From: Eledone cirrhosa
Taxonomy: Eukaryota
Assembly: GCA_964016885.1 (NCBI GenBank)
Contig: OZ024741.1
Coordinates: forward strand, 327,856,001-327,920,000
Reading direction: 5' to 3'
Length of the DNA stretch: 64,000 bases
Below, one piece after another: positions 27,038 through 40,928 of the stretch. Position numbers and translations under genes: made by a program. Below the pieces are notes generated by a model. It was not told the DNA's origin. It worked only from the letters and a program-made list of their open reading frames with translations, and did no database searches. Each line of letters begins with the position of its first letter. The stretch's first letter is position 1.

Positions 27038-29845
27038 CAGCACCCTGGACACGTTCGTCGACGCCTGCCGAAGCGCAGAAAATCGCTTCGTTCCGCCGCC
27101 GTTCCAAACGGCATAACATTTCACGGGGCGAACCCGCGCTCTCGGCTCGCTCCATAGCCGAAACGACATGGTCATCAAACCGGCGGACAAGGGAGGCGCT
27201 GTGGTGGTGTGACGCGCTGACCTCTGCACGGCTGAAGCCCTCAGGCAGCTCCGTTATCCCTTCCTCTACCGCCCTCTACCTTCCGACCTCACACCCCTCT
27301 ACAACAAAAAGTTTCCTCCACCATCCAACCCCTCGCCGACCTGGTCCTCACCCTCAACTGCTTCTCCTTCTCGGGTGAAGTTTACCAACAGGTCACTGGG
27401 GTAGCCATAGGCACAATACTGGGCCTCCACTATGCCAACCTTTTCGTTGGCCATGATGAGGCCCAAACATTTGCTCAGTACACCAGCCCTACGCCCGAAC
27501 TTTACGCTCGTTACATCGATGACTGTATCGGAGCCGCGACCCTCACCAGAGAACAGCTCGACTCCTTTCTCTCCTAATTTTGCTCCTTCCTCCCCTCCCT
27601 CCACTTCACCACCTCTATCTCTACCACGCACGTCCACTTCTTGGACATCTCCGTCGCCATCGAACACTCCCACCGCTCCCTCGTCACCTCCGCCTTCTTC
27701 AAATCCACTAACTCTCACTCCTATCTCGATTTCCCCTCCTCCCATCCTACACACACAAAACACTCCATTCCCTACTCCCAACTTCTCCGGGTCCGCCGCC
27801 TCCGGAGCCGCGATGCTGACTTCGAGTCCCAGGCCCTTTCTCTAGTCAGCCATTTCATCCGGAGAGGTTCCCCCTCCCACGTCCACACCGCCCACACTCG
27901 CGCCCGTGTTGTCCACCGCTCCACCGCCCTCACCCCACGCCTCCTCACCCCAACCCACCTTCTCCCTTTCCCTCTCACCTACCACCCTCCACCATACCCC
28001 TCCACCGTACCATCCTCCGCCTCTTCCGACGCTTCCTGTCCGACCCCTCCACCTCTCCGATCTTCCCATCCCTACCTTTCCCCTCCTTCAAACGCGCGCG
28101 TAATCTCCGCTCCCTCCTCGTCCACAGCTCCCTACCCCAAACCCACGTCCTTCTTCTCCCCCTCAGTTCCCTTCCCTGCTCCAGGCTCGCTGATTCACTT
28201 ACCCCCACATCACCATCACCACCACCTTCGAGGGTCTCAACGGCCGCTCCCTCTCTGTCCGGCACGCCTTCCGCTGCAGCTCCTCCAACCTAGTCCATGG
28301 ATTTCACTGCACTCTTTTTTTCACTTAACCTACGTCGGGCAGACTGGACTTCGCCTGGCGGGTAGCTCACGGAGCACCTCCACTATATTCGACTCGGCGG
28401 GAGTATCCCCATCGCCCGCCACTTTGGCTCCCCTAGACATTCCGCCCACCACCTCACAGTCTGTGGCCTGATCCCATACCATGGGACACCCACCACCCAC
28501 CTGACGGTCGAGCAACGCACCATATTCACACTACAGACCCACCCCCCCGGCCTGATCTCCCCACCACTCTTCCTTTAGCATTTGACCGCGCACTCCCCCC
28601 CACACACACATCCCCCACTAACACCACTAACACACTCTTCAGTTTCACCCCCCACCCCTTTGGACCGCCCCCAACTAACAATACTAACAACCCCCTCCTC
28701 CTAGCAGCCGCACACCCCCAATACACAGACCTTTACATAAATATACGCACACTCTATTCACACACCCTACTATCACCACTAACCACCACTCACACACCCG
28801 CATTCAACTCCTTCCACACCACCAGTATTACTAACACCCTCTCTACTACACACACACACACTCATATTCAAACACGCACACACACCCCAGTACACTACAC
28901 TCCCTCCCCCGTCACCAACCCCTTTTCTCTCCCTCTCTCTCCCTGCTGCACATACACCCACACACACACATCCCACTAAGACCTACACTAATATACCCCC
29001 CCAGACCACCACCTTCTCCCTCCACCTTTCACACCTATCCATCCCCTCCCCTGTCAACCGTACCTCCGCACACACAGACACACAGTCCACACCATATACA
29101 TACCCTATATTAACCTGTCATCCTCCTCTCTTCACCCTGCCTTGACACTCTCACCACATCCTGTTGCGCGCGCACCCCACATCTCTCCGCTTCCTCTCTA
29201 CCACACCAGGATTTTACACCGCCGGCTATCCATCCTACCACAGATGGAATCTCCAACATCTGGTCTCATACTCCGTGGGAATAACTTAGGAACATACACA
29301 CCAACAAACATTTACATTATTTTCGAACCACGCCACCTACATCCACAGCACATATGAACACAAACACACACGTGCGTATCCTCACATACACACACGCAGC
29401 CTCCGGATCCACACGCCCCTTCTCCCCTACCCCTTGTACCCTTTCCATCTACACGTACACACACATACCGACTTACACCCCACCCCATGTACGTACCGGT
29501 TTCCTTTTTACCTGAACATGGAGCCTCGTTCTTCCCCCAACTTTCACATTCACATACACACTCACACACACGTACACCTACAGACATACACACACACCAC
29601 CTTCAGCCCTCCCCGCTCGGACCCCCCGCCTCTCTCTCACCCCTTCACCCCATTCATCCACCACCACCCTACACGCCTCACACCCTTTCACCACTTGTTT
29701 CTTTTTATTTTTTATTTTTTATTTTTTTACTCTCTAAAAGAAATTTTTTCCAGCCTTTTCTCTCCACCCGCTTCTTTAAATCATTTTTTAAAATGTCTTT
29801 CCACAACTCCCCCACAAACCCTCGGAACCCTCTTCCTACCCACTT

Positions 29846-29882
29846 TTCTCCTGATGAAGTGCTTATGCCCGAAACGTCGTCC
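29846..29882 (+). ncRNA. Minimal HHR core in PLE pLTR (stem I not evident)
   Basis: CTGATGA-AGTGC(TTAT)GCCC-GAAACGTC. Confidence 0.5.
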
Positions 29883-29918
29883 TCCACCCCCACTCTCAAG
29901 CGTGAAACTAATAATAAT

Positions 29919-30104
29919 GGTTTCTACTTTTGGCACAAGGCCAGCAAATACCCAGTGCATTACTGGTACTTTACTTTATCGACCCCGTAAAGATGTAAGG
30001 CAAAGTTAAAATCGACAGGATTTGAACTCAGAATGGCGAGGGCCGTAACTCTATGCGTCAAAGCATGGCGTCCGACCGGCTACCGATACTGCCAATTCAC
30101 CACC
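29919..30104 (-). mobile_element. Family-1 SINE nested in a PLE pLTR
   Basis: TSD CGTGAAACTAAYAATAAT at 29901-29918 and 30105-30122. Confidence 0.85.
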
Positions 30105-30687
30105 CGTGAAACTAACAATAATAACATTTGTACTGCTTCTTCGTTTTTGTTTTTTGTTCTCTTTTTACTTTTTAAAATATATATATATATATATATTGTT
30201 ATACTTTGGGAGGGTCATGTTGCCAATAAGAAACACACGCACAAGTTGCTTTCACTTAAATTCATTATATATTTATAAATTTATAAATTTACAAATTTAC
30301 AAACTTATAAATTTCTGGTTGGTTGGTTGGTTCCACAACCAGATAGTTGTTTATATATATAGTCATAGTCCTTTCGTCAAAGTATAACAATATCGGTTTC
30401 AACACACGATTTCAGATAAAGAATCTTGCTAAACAAATTCAGAAACGAAATATATATATATATATATAGGAAAATGTTCAAGACGTCGACGGCATAGCTC
30501 AAGCCGTTTTGACGGCTATATTTGTGGACTAAATTACAGTTTTAGCGTGGTAATAAATATATATATATATGTGTGTGTATGTATGTATATATATATATGT
30601 ATGTATACATATGTATGTATGTAGATATATATGCGTATGCATATATATATATATATGTATATTTATATATATATATGTATATATATA

Positions 30688-30766
<79 letters not shown>

Positions 30767-30860
30767 GTATGAATATATGTATATATATATGTATGTATAT
30801 ATATATATATGTATGCATATATATGTATGTATATATATATATATATATATGGAAATATTT

Positions 30861-30909
<49 letters not shown>

Positions 30910-30914
<5 letters not shown>

Positions 30915-31549
30915 GTGAGGGTTTTTTTACAAAATGAAAAATAACCGAGGTGTCCAACACGAGTGAAAGTATAAAGAAAAAAAGATGAAATCGAAAATGC
31001 AACTGGAGTCTTATTTTTTTTTAAATATATATATTTATTTGGTTCCTTTACTGGTTTCGCAGTTCTTCTGCTTTTCAAAAGTAGAGTTGAGATGGAGCGT
31101 CTGTGGTTTATCTCACATCTGGTTGGTCTCTGAATGTTACTTGTTTTATATGGAAAAAGTGGATCGAAAGGCCAGGTTGGTCAATAATTATGATAAATTT
31201 CGCGCTAGTTCGCGTTTCAAAGTTCTTCAAACAAGGGGGGGGGGGGTGTCACAGGTTGTTTTTTCATATATGAGTGTTTGAATTTCTTTTTACTTAAAAA
31301 GAAGGAGTTCACGAATGCTTTTTTTTAATAAACGTAATTTGATTGGTTATAAATGAAATTATGGCTGTCACGTGAACAAGTTTTCATTAAATTTTCGCGC
31401 CTTTATTTTGAAATCTAATCAGTAGTCTTTTTAGAGAATTTTTTGACAAGCAAAAGATACTGGTCAAGAGCAATTGGATGGGAGAATTGTTCTGGTTCAG
31501 TGAATATGGTTAGTTCGATGGGGTGTCAGAATTCAGATGTGTATGTTTG

Positions 31550-31587
<38 letters not shown>

Positions 31588-32255
31588 GGAAGATGATTCT
31601 ATTAGTAGAAATGGTGGAGTGAGTTGTGTGTGTGGGGGGTGTGGTTGTTATGTGTGTGTATGGGTGTTATGTGTGTGGGAGTATGGTTAGCATGTTAAGA
31701 TGAAGAGAATATATATATATATATTGTGTGTGTGTGTAGGAAAATGATTCCTTTAGTAGGAATATTTTTGAATGAACATATTTTCCTTACTTATTCGTAT
31801 TTGTTCTGTTGTATTGTCAGTGCAAACGTATGTTAAGGTTTATTTAGTTCGGGTTTTTATTTTCTAAAGTAGAAGGTGTTATGTGTGTGTGTATGTGTCT
31901 GTTTGGCTGGTTAGCATGTTATGGTGTTGATATAATGTATATTAAACCATATTTAATGCTGGTCTATATATTTTAATAAACATATTTTCCTTATTTATTC
32001 GTATTTGTTCTGTTTTATTGTTAGCGCAAAGGTAAAATGGGAAGACTTGGAATTTGGGTGTCTTATTACTTGCGCATATGCCTAGATGTGCGCTTAGTGG
32101 TATCTGTTTCGTGGTTGCATCTCGTAATTGTTGGCGATGAACTGTCATTCTGTTTCTGAGTGTGAGTTTAGTTTGTTCTATATAATCTTCATTGCATCCG
32201 TTGCATTTAATGGCATAAACTATATTTTTTGATGAGCAAGTGAAGTGATTTTTTA
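30910..32255 (-). mobile_element. Neptune-like PLE 3' fragment: GIY-YIG (31942-32255) + UTR/pLTR
   Basis: KNHFTCSSKNIVYAIKCNGCNEDYIEQT…RMTVHRQQ…SAHLGIC…KENMFIKIYRPALN; HHR variant at 31046-31081; terminates at (TA)n. Confidence 0.85.
31046..31081 (-). ncRNA. Type I HHR, U3-A8 core variant
   Basis: Reverse complement: CTT-TTGAAAA-GCAG(AAGAA)CTGC-GAAAC-CA-GTA-AAG. Confidence 0.6.
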
Positions 32256-32267
32256 CACACATAAACA

Positions 32268-32451
<184 letters not shown>

Positions 32452-32452
32452 T

Positions 32453-33478
32453 ATATTATTCAATATGTTAATAAATGAAAAATATTCTCATAATCCAAAT
32501 ATATATTTTATTACAGATATTTCAAAGGCAAAATGGTGTTTAAATACGTTTTTATCAGACAAAATATCAGACTTTATGTAAGAGAAAAGAGGAATAAAAA
32601 CAAAAGAAGGGAAGATGTGAGGAGAATACAGAGAAAACGAAGGGGAATAAAGAAAAACGAAGAAAAGGAAAAAGAAAATATGAAATATAGGGGAGAATAA
32701 AAAACCGTTGTCTTCAAATAAGAAATCAAAAATGTATTCACATATATCAATGAATATCGCTTGTATTGGATTACGCTTTAGCTAATTATACTTTTATATT
32801 ATATCCAGATTATTAGGTATAGATTACTTTCTATATCAATCAAATATTTAAGTTAATTACAAGTTTTATAATTTAATTTAGCTCATTCTAGATTATTATA
32901 ATTTTTAATTTTAAGGTAGTATATGCTATTAGTATTATACTACAGCTCTAAAAGAATTAATCTTTAAAGCCTAATTAAATAATTATTAAATATGTATTAA
33001 AATATAATTGTTTCTACTTTAGGCACAAGGCCAGCAAAGTCACCAGTGCATTACTGGTACTTTATTTTATCGACCCCGTAAGGATGAAAGGCAAAGTCAA
33101 CCTCGGCGGGATTTGAACTCAGATCGTAAAGGGACGTAACTATGCTGGAAAGCATTGCGTCCGACTCTCTACCAATACATTAAAATATAATACCATGTAT
33201 ATATCCCTATCAATACATATAATCTATTTTGTTCATTTATTATCCAAATTTAGAGATTCACTTCATGAAAACTTTGTTATTATTTAATTTTCATTTATTT
33301 CATAGAATCCAACTGTGGTTATATTTACTCTCTATAATTTTATTTCATACCGTAGCGGTATGTCGCATATCAAATCTTATATTTTATATGATGAAAACGT
33401 ACTTTTGAAATAAGTATAATAAAATATATATTTTCATTATGAGAATATTTTTCATTCATTAACATGTTGAATAATATT
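32453..33478. repeat. Old inverted pair of pLTR ends with degenerate HHRs (32453-32575 and 33360-33478)
   Basis: Arms related to the 21392-21737 family; cores decayed to CTGATAA and ATGATGA. Confidence 0.55.
33009..33178 (-). mobile_element. Family-1 SINE
   Basis: Consensus match; TSD ATTAAAATATAAT. Confidence 0.85.
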
Positions 33479-33586
33479 AAATAACTCCAGGAAAATCACA
33501 TGTCGAGTGCTTCTAATCTATTGTAAAATTGTATTCGTTGAATAATCAACGAACCATATTAATCGTTGGTAATATATATATATATA

Positions 33587-34732
33587 TAATATAAAACGAA
33601 ATATCAGTGATGCATCTGGACTCAGTTTATTGTGTGCTACAATTGTTTCGCCGGTAAGTAGTTCGAGACAGGATCATTTTATGGATCTGTCTGATTCTAG
33701 ATCTGCGGGTTCTTCGGACATATGCAATACTTTCGGAACAAGATTTCTCATTGGGATATTAGCTTCAAAAAGCATCTTCCTCTCTTGTCTTGCTATTGGC
33801 TGTTGTTTTTCAACGTCATCATAAATCCTGGTCAATATTTGCTGCCAATCTGGCCATTAGCTACTCTCCGTCCGAAACATTTCAATGGACTCATGCTGGG
33901 TTTGGTATTTCACAAGTCCGCTCACACACACATATATACCCACACATACACACACACATATATACACATACACATACACACATACGCGCACACGTACATA
34001 TATACGCATACACATGTACACACACACATATGTACGAATATACACCCGCATACATATACATACACACTCTCTCTCACACACACCCACACGCGCCCACGAC
34101 CATATACATACCAACATACACGTTCACAGGCGCCTGCCTATATAGACTGGGTACATCCGCACTCACACGCACACACGCACGCACACACACACGTACACAC
34201 ATACAAGGACACATAGCTGCGTACGCGTACATTTTCTCATATATACAAACACGTACAGACATATACACAGACACACACACGCACGTATACACGCCTGTCC
34301 TTATAGAGAGGCACAAAGACAGACACGCTCCCAAAGACATATACACACATACACACATATACATACACACATATATATATATATTTCTACATATATGTAT
34401 ATGCACACACACAAAACATACTCACAAACAATCCCTACCATATGTAGGTGCACATACACACACATCCTCAGACAGCCACACACACACACAAACACTTGCG
34501 CGCGCGCACTGGCTCATATACCTTTCAACAAATACGCGCTCAATTACCTCCGTGTCCGCGTCAATCCACAAAGACACATACACGCACACATCTATATATC
34601 TCTGTCCGTACCACTATGTTATATACTCACAGTCATATACATCTGCACAATAGGTCATACAGGGTCGTCCATGGAAGGATGCATCCTGTTATACATGCAC
34701 AAATATAAACCATGTAACCATATACATACATC
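33587..34732 (-). mobile_element. Left arm of an about 1.1-kb inverted pair (pLTR-like, HHR-bearing)
   Basis: Reverse complement of about 36920-38053; paired ORF-track peptides (MDSCWxWYFTSPL, MCATIVSP) confirm the homology; HHR at 33633-33722. Confidence 0.85.
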
Positions 34733-34789
34733 CATATGTGCGGGGTACGGACAGAGATATATACATATATATATGTATTAAAATATAAT

Positions 34790-34959
34790 TGTTTCTACTT
34801 TTGGCACAAGGCCAGAAAATTCCCCAGTACACTACTGGTACTTTATTTTATCGAACCCATAAGGATGAAAGGCAAAGTGAACCTCTGCGGGATTTGAACT
34901 CAGACCGTAAAGGGACGTAACTATGCTGGAAAGCATGGCGTCCGACTCTCTACCGATAC
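34790..34959 (-). mobile_element. Family-1 SINE
   Basis: TSD TATGTATTAAAATATAAT at 34772-34789 and 34960-34977. Confidence 0.85.
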
Positions 34960-35197
34960 TATGTATTAAAATATAATACCATGTATATATCCCTATCAAT
35001 ATATATAATCTATTTTCTTCATTTGTGTGTGTATATGTATGTGTATATGTATGTGTGTGTATTTATGTGTATTTTTATATATATTTATGTATATGTTACG
35101 TGAATGCGTATGGATGTATTGTATATTTATTTTATTGTATATTTATTTTATTATATATCTATTCGACTGTATACTGTATTTTTATTTTATTGTTTTA

Positions 35198-36058
35198 CTA
35201 GCAGTAAAGCCCGGCGTTGCTCGGGGTCGCTCAGTAGCTGTGTTAAAGTTACAATGTTAAGTTTCTTTTTTGGCTTAAAAACTGTAGTGTCTACTGTGCA
35301 GACTTGCATGTGGTGTTTTTGATTAATATACCCTCAACCAACAATATGCCTTATGAAGTTAAGAAAACATAACGATAACCCGAATGTTATAACAAAAGAG
35401 GATGCTGGGGATAAAAACTGCACTGGTTATTTATTAACAAAGATCGAAAATGTAAACACTGCAGCGCAGAGAAAAACATTAGCGTAACCAAATTATCAGT
35501 TATGTCTGTCTGCACGCCTATATCACCTCTCTGCACGACTGTCTGTCTGCACGCCTATATCACCTCTCTGCACGACTGTCTGTCTGCACGCGTATATCAC
35601 CTCTCTGCACGACTGTCTGTCTGCACGCCTAACGACGAAATATTTGCTTGTTTTACGTAGTCTTTAAATAGACTTGTTTTCAAGTAAAAATATTGTTTTA
35701 AAATGCTTTTAAATGGAAATGAAGCAAAACGGAAGCTTAGTGTTCGAACTGATGAATTTTGCAGGTCAATATTTTGCTGGCTCGACAACTGTTAAAGCCA
35801 GCGTAATTTTTTACGTAAGACGCTCAATGTAAACAGAACAAAGGGAAATAACTGATAACTTACGCTCAAAAATCGATACATTATATTCGATTTCGTCACA
35901 TAGGGTGGGTCAATTTGAAATTTTTTTTTTCCGATGTCTTCGCTAGGGCTCAATGTACAAGTATAGCAATTTCGGTGCAATTCCGTGAGAGATTCTAAAA
36001 GGAGATGTGTGCCAAAAATCGATAGACAGACAGACAACCACAGTTTTATATATATAGA
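35198..36058 (-). mobile_element. Non-autonomous Helitron
   Basis: Minus strand starts TC(TATATATATAAAA…TGTCTGTCTGTC) and ends with hairpin CCCGAGCAACGCCGGG plus CTAG; inserted between A and T with no TSD; internal 37-bp tandem repeat. Confidence 0.8.
35503..35631. repeat. 37-bp tandem repeat, about 3.5 copies
   Basis: Unit TGTCTGTCTGCACGCCTATATCACCTCTCTGCACGAC. Confidence 0.95.
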
Positions 36059-36159
36059 TTGTATATTTATTTTATTGTTTTTATATGGGTGTATATGTGT
36101 AAGCGTAAGTGTGTATGTATATATACATACATATATATATATATATATATTAAAAAAAA

Positions 36160-36378
36160 AAGGATCGATCGACTTTCGTCAAAACGGACCGAGGAAACAA
36201 TGTTTCCGTCGGTCTTTCCAGTTGCTAGTACTATCTATCGGTCGCAACTCCAGGTAGAAGGAAGAACGTGAAATAAAGTGTCTTGCCCAAGGACATAACG
36301 CATCGGCCGGTCCACGAATCGAACTCACAACCTCATGATTGTGAATCCAATTCTCTAACCACTCAGCCACACGCCTTC
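36160..36378 (-). mobile_element. tRNA-derived CORE-like SINE (family 2)
   Basis: Reverse complement: TGGCTGAGTGGTTAG (A box), GAGTTCGATTC (B box), GTCCTTGGGCAAGACACTT (CORE-like); degenerate relatives near 10440-10555, 41180-41295, 42020-42250 and 45655-45760. Confidence 0.75.
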
Positions 36379-36380
36379 AC

Positions 36381-36412
<32 letters not shown>

Positions 36413-36465
36413 CTGTATGTGTGCGTGTGTATATATATATGTGTATGTATAAGTGTATATATATT

Positions 36466-36496
<31 letters not shown>

Positions 36497-36814
36497 ATAT
36501 ATGTATATATGCACATGTATATGTTACGTGAATGTGTATGGATGCATGTATATGATTATAATGTTTATATCCGTGCATGGGTAATACAAGATACATCCTT
36601 TACATTAGATACATATCTTGTGTAGGTGTGTAGATGTGTAGGTATGTGTGTGTATGTACGTTTATTTGTAGGTGTGTTTGTGTGGGTGTGTAGAGATGTG
36701 TATATATATGTATGTATATATATATATATATGTGTGTGTGTATATATGTATGTATATGTATGTGTGTATGTGTGTGTGAGTATATGTGTAAATAGGTATG
36801 TGTATATGTGTATA

Positions 36815-36859
<45 letters not shown>

Positions 36860-36919
36860 TTATTTATGTTTCTACTTATTTATTTATTTATATGTGTGTA
36901 TGTATGCTTGCATGTATGT

Positions 36920-38053
36920 GTATGGATGTATGTCTATGGTTACATGGTTTATATTTGTGCATGTATAACAGGATGCATCCTTCCATGGACGACCCTGTGT
37001 GACTTTTGTGCAGATGTATATGACTGTGAGTATATAACATAGTGGTACGGACAGAGATATATAGATGTGTGCGTGTATGTGTGTTTGTGGATGTGCGTGG
37101 ACACGGAGGTAATTGAGCGCGTATTTGTTGTAATGTATTTGAGCCAGTGCGGGCGTGTGTGTGGGGGGGGGGTATGTGTGAGTGTATGTGCACCTACATA
37201 TGGTAGGGATTGCTTGTGAGTATATTTTGTGCGTGTGCATATACATATATGTATATATATATATATATATATGTGTATGTATATATGTATATGTGTGTAT
37301 ATGTCTTTGGGAGCGTGTCTGTCTGTGTGCCTCTCTATAAGGACAGGCGTGTATATGTGCATGGGTGTGTGTCTATGTATATGTCTGTACGTGTTTGTGT
37401 ATATGAGCAAATGTACACGTACGCAGGTATGTGCCCTTGTATGCGTGTACATCTGTGTGTGTGTGCGTGCGTGTGAGAGCGGATGTACGAGGGTATATAG
37501 GCAGGCGTCTGTGGACGTGTATGTTGGTATGTATATGGTCGTGGGCGTGTGTGGGTGCGTGTAAAAGAGAGAGTGTGTATGTATATGTATGCGGGTGTAT
37601 ATTGGTACATATGTGTGTGTACATGTGTATGCGTATATATGTACGTGTACGCGTGTGTATGTGTGTGAGTATGTGTATATATGTGTGTGTGTATGTGTGG
37701 GTATATATGTGTGTGCGAGCGGACTTGTGAAATACCAAGCCCAGCATGAGTCCATTGAAGTGTGTCGGACGGAGAGTAGATGATGGCCAGTTTGGCAGCA
37801 AATATTGACTAGAATTTATGATGACGTAGAAAAACAACAGCCAATAGCAAGACAAGAGAGGAAGATATTTTTAGAAGCTAATACCCTAGTGACAAAATTT
37901 GTTCCGAAAGTATTGCATGTGTCCGAAGAACCTGCGGATCTAGAATCAGACAGATCCATACAATGATCCTGTCTCGAGCTGTCTGCCGGCGAAACAATTG
38001 TAGCACACAATAATCTAAGTCCAGATGCATCACTGATTTTTCGTTTTATATTA
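36920..38053 (+). mobile_element. Right arm of the 1.1-kb inverted pair
   Basis: See 33587-34732; a third family member lies at about 53800-54200. Confidence 0.85.
37918..38007 (+). ncRNA. Type I HHR variant (CCGANGA core, 61-nt stem II region)
   Basis: TGTGT-CCGAAGA-ACCTGCGG…CTGCCGGC-GAAAC-AATT-GTA-GCACA; copies at 33633-33722 (-) and 54065-54154 (+). Confidence 0.6.
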
Positions 38054-38260
38054 TATCACACTCTGCTCTGTAAGAACATAGCGTGCTCAACTGGCATACC
38101 GCCTATGGAAGCGTCATTGCTACCATTAAACACACACACATATATATACGTATAGATATATATACGTATAGATATATATATATGTATGTATATATGTATG
38201 TATGTATATATGGATGTATATAAATATATGTATATATGTATGTATATATGTATTTATATT

Positions 38261-38367
<107 letters not shown>

Positions 38368-40611
38368 ATTTACATATATATATATAAAGTCACAGATATA
38401 TATGTGGCAACCGTTCACGATGTGGCTTGATGAAGAATTAATAAATTAAATAATCAGAGCAATATATCATAAATTATGTCCTTAGAATTATTAGATAAAA
38501 TATATACAATTTCCCCTGTGAGAGGAAATTGTATATATTTTAGCTATTATTCTAAGGACATAAATTATGATATATATATATATATATATACAGTTATGTA
38601 TATTTGTATAGATAAATCTACGTCTCCCCCTCCACATATATATGTGTGTGTGAGTGTGTGTGGATACGTCTACACATATATGCATGTGTATTTGTGCTTG
38701 TGTGTACTGTTTTATTGTGAAACAAATCTAAGCAGAATGAAGATACAAGAACCTAAAATTCTTACCCAACATAATTTTTCGTTCTTCTAATTTACGTTTA
38801 ACGAAATATCTTCTGACAATTTTGTGCAAAGTACTTCATTTATAGGGTCTTTAATGTTTTAAACAATAGATTTTGTGGCAATTCAAAATGGTGTGTCTTT
38901 TCTTATCGTTATAAATCATATATGAGGGGATATTATATCGAGAAAAAAATATTTATGAATGTTCGTTCTATAAAATGTAAGAATGTAAGAATAGCGATTA
39001 TTAAACAACTATCATCAAATACTCTTTTATTGTCTGCACAACTTTATGCATCATTTTATACGACCTTAAAATATGTAAACACCCAGCTGTGTTCCACTGT
39101 AGCTTTTTCTGCGATTACATTAGCCACATGATCAACAGTTTATTAACACATTTAAAAAGATTTCGTAACTAGAAAAACGAGAATGAAAACGAACATATGT
39201 GTAACGGGTTAGAAGTATATATATATATATATAAGAAATGCAAGGTGACGCCATACTGGGAAACGAATTTATAGCCTATTCCGAGATATCAAAAGTAGTC
39301 ACTTTTCATAAAATACTTTATAGCAAATACTTAATGGAATCTAATAGAGCACTACATCTTACAATAAAGACAGGAAGACTTAGAATCCATAAATATTCTT
39401 AAATATTCACTTTTAGGACATGGAAGGTGTAGTGAAAACTATAGAAGTTAGTTTGTGGTACTGCATACTCGTGTAGTATTCAATTAAACGTGCATCACAT
39501 AAATGGTATGATTTCATCTAGAGAACCGAAAATATTTCAATCGTGGAATATTATTGATCCTAAAACCTGTAAATACAGTAGGATGAGAGAAGGCACACGT
39601 CTAGTTCAAATATATGTGTTGGAAGTTTAAGAGAGATACCAAATTCTGAAAAAGCGATATAAACGTACTAAGAGATATAACAGTACTAAGTTGAAGTGGT
39701 GAATATTTTATACACACAAAGACACATCTACGCCCACACGCTCATGCATACACTCTCTCCTTCTCTCTCGCACACACATATACACACACGCGTATATACA
39801 CACATGCACCCACAATCACATTATCTATAACCTTCACCACACCGCTTTGATGAATTCTTTAATATATAATTTACCATGCATGTATCAATCAAGGGATTGT
39901 AAAATTATTCTTTAGAAGCACCTATCCCCAATTGATTCGGCTGGATGAGCTAGCGAGTTCAGAGGTGCGAAATCACACATCGTCTTCCGGGTCTACCCCT
40001 AGGTCTCCTACCAGTTCAGTTGATTTTGTCCGTAAAATGTCTGTATCGATTCATTCCTGAGACATTCTAAACACATGTCCGTCATACAGGAGCTGTGATC
40101 TCTCAATTCGAAGATGTCGCAGCTCTATCTTAAGCAAATCTATGATCGCCGAGCAACGCACTCTATCGAGTAACGTTATTCCGGGGACCATTCGGAGGGA
40201 GCCCATTTCGGCCGCTTTTATTTACGATCGTAAACTTTCGGACATTACCCAAGATTCATGTACATATATAAGGGTTGGCGCACACACCGAAATGAAGTTA
40301 TCGAGTTTGGCCTTTACACCTACATCCCTTCTTCTGATTACCGGGACTAAATTGACTGAAAACCTCCATTTGACATTTTGTAACAAGGAGTTTATCCAGT
40401 TCAATCATTCTTAAAATAGCAATTGGCATAGAAATGCAGCACTAGTAATGTATTCGTCTCGTCTCAAGTACATTACAGAAGATATTGTAGTCTCGAAACT
40501 TTAGTACCATTTTCATCGGATAGCTAATTAAAGCAACTCACATTCACACACACACAGACACATACACACGCACACAGACACACACATACACAAAGCTTCT
40601 CTCCCTTCCCA

Positions 40612-40710
<99 letters not shown>

Positions 40711-40773
40711 TATATACATATATATATATGAATATATATATTATATATATATATATAACAAAGGAATTGTGGT

Positions 40774-40864
40774 AAGTATGACCCCGACGGCAGAGCTCAA
40801 GCCGTTTCGACGGTCCAGAAATAGCCGTCGAAACGGCTTGAGCTCTGCCGTCGAGGTCATACTT
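40774..40864. repeat. Near-perfect palindrome in (TA)n
   Basis: AAGTATGACC.CGACGGCAGAGCTCAAGCCGTTTCGACGG … CCGTCGAAACGGCTTGAGCTCTGCCGTCG.GGTCATACTT. Confidence 0.9.

Positions 40865-40928
<64 letters not shown>

Larger units (their letters stand above)
27035..30178 (+). mobile_element. C-rich PLE, decayed RT + GIY-YIG with long 3' UTR/pLTR
   Basis: VIKPADKGGAVVV, YQQVTGVAIGT, YARYIDD, VHFLDISV, SSHPTHTKHSIPYSQLLRVRRL, TYVGQTG; HHR-like core at 29851; bounded by (TA)n. Confidence 0.85.

Noticed and set aside
35503-35631. 37-bp repeats as a CRISPR array
   Set aside because: Head-to-tail with no spacers, inside a Helitron, in eukaryotic DNA.
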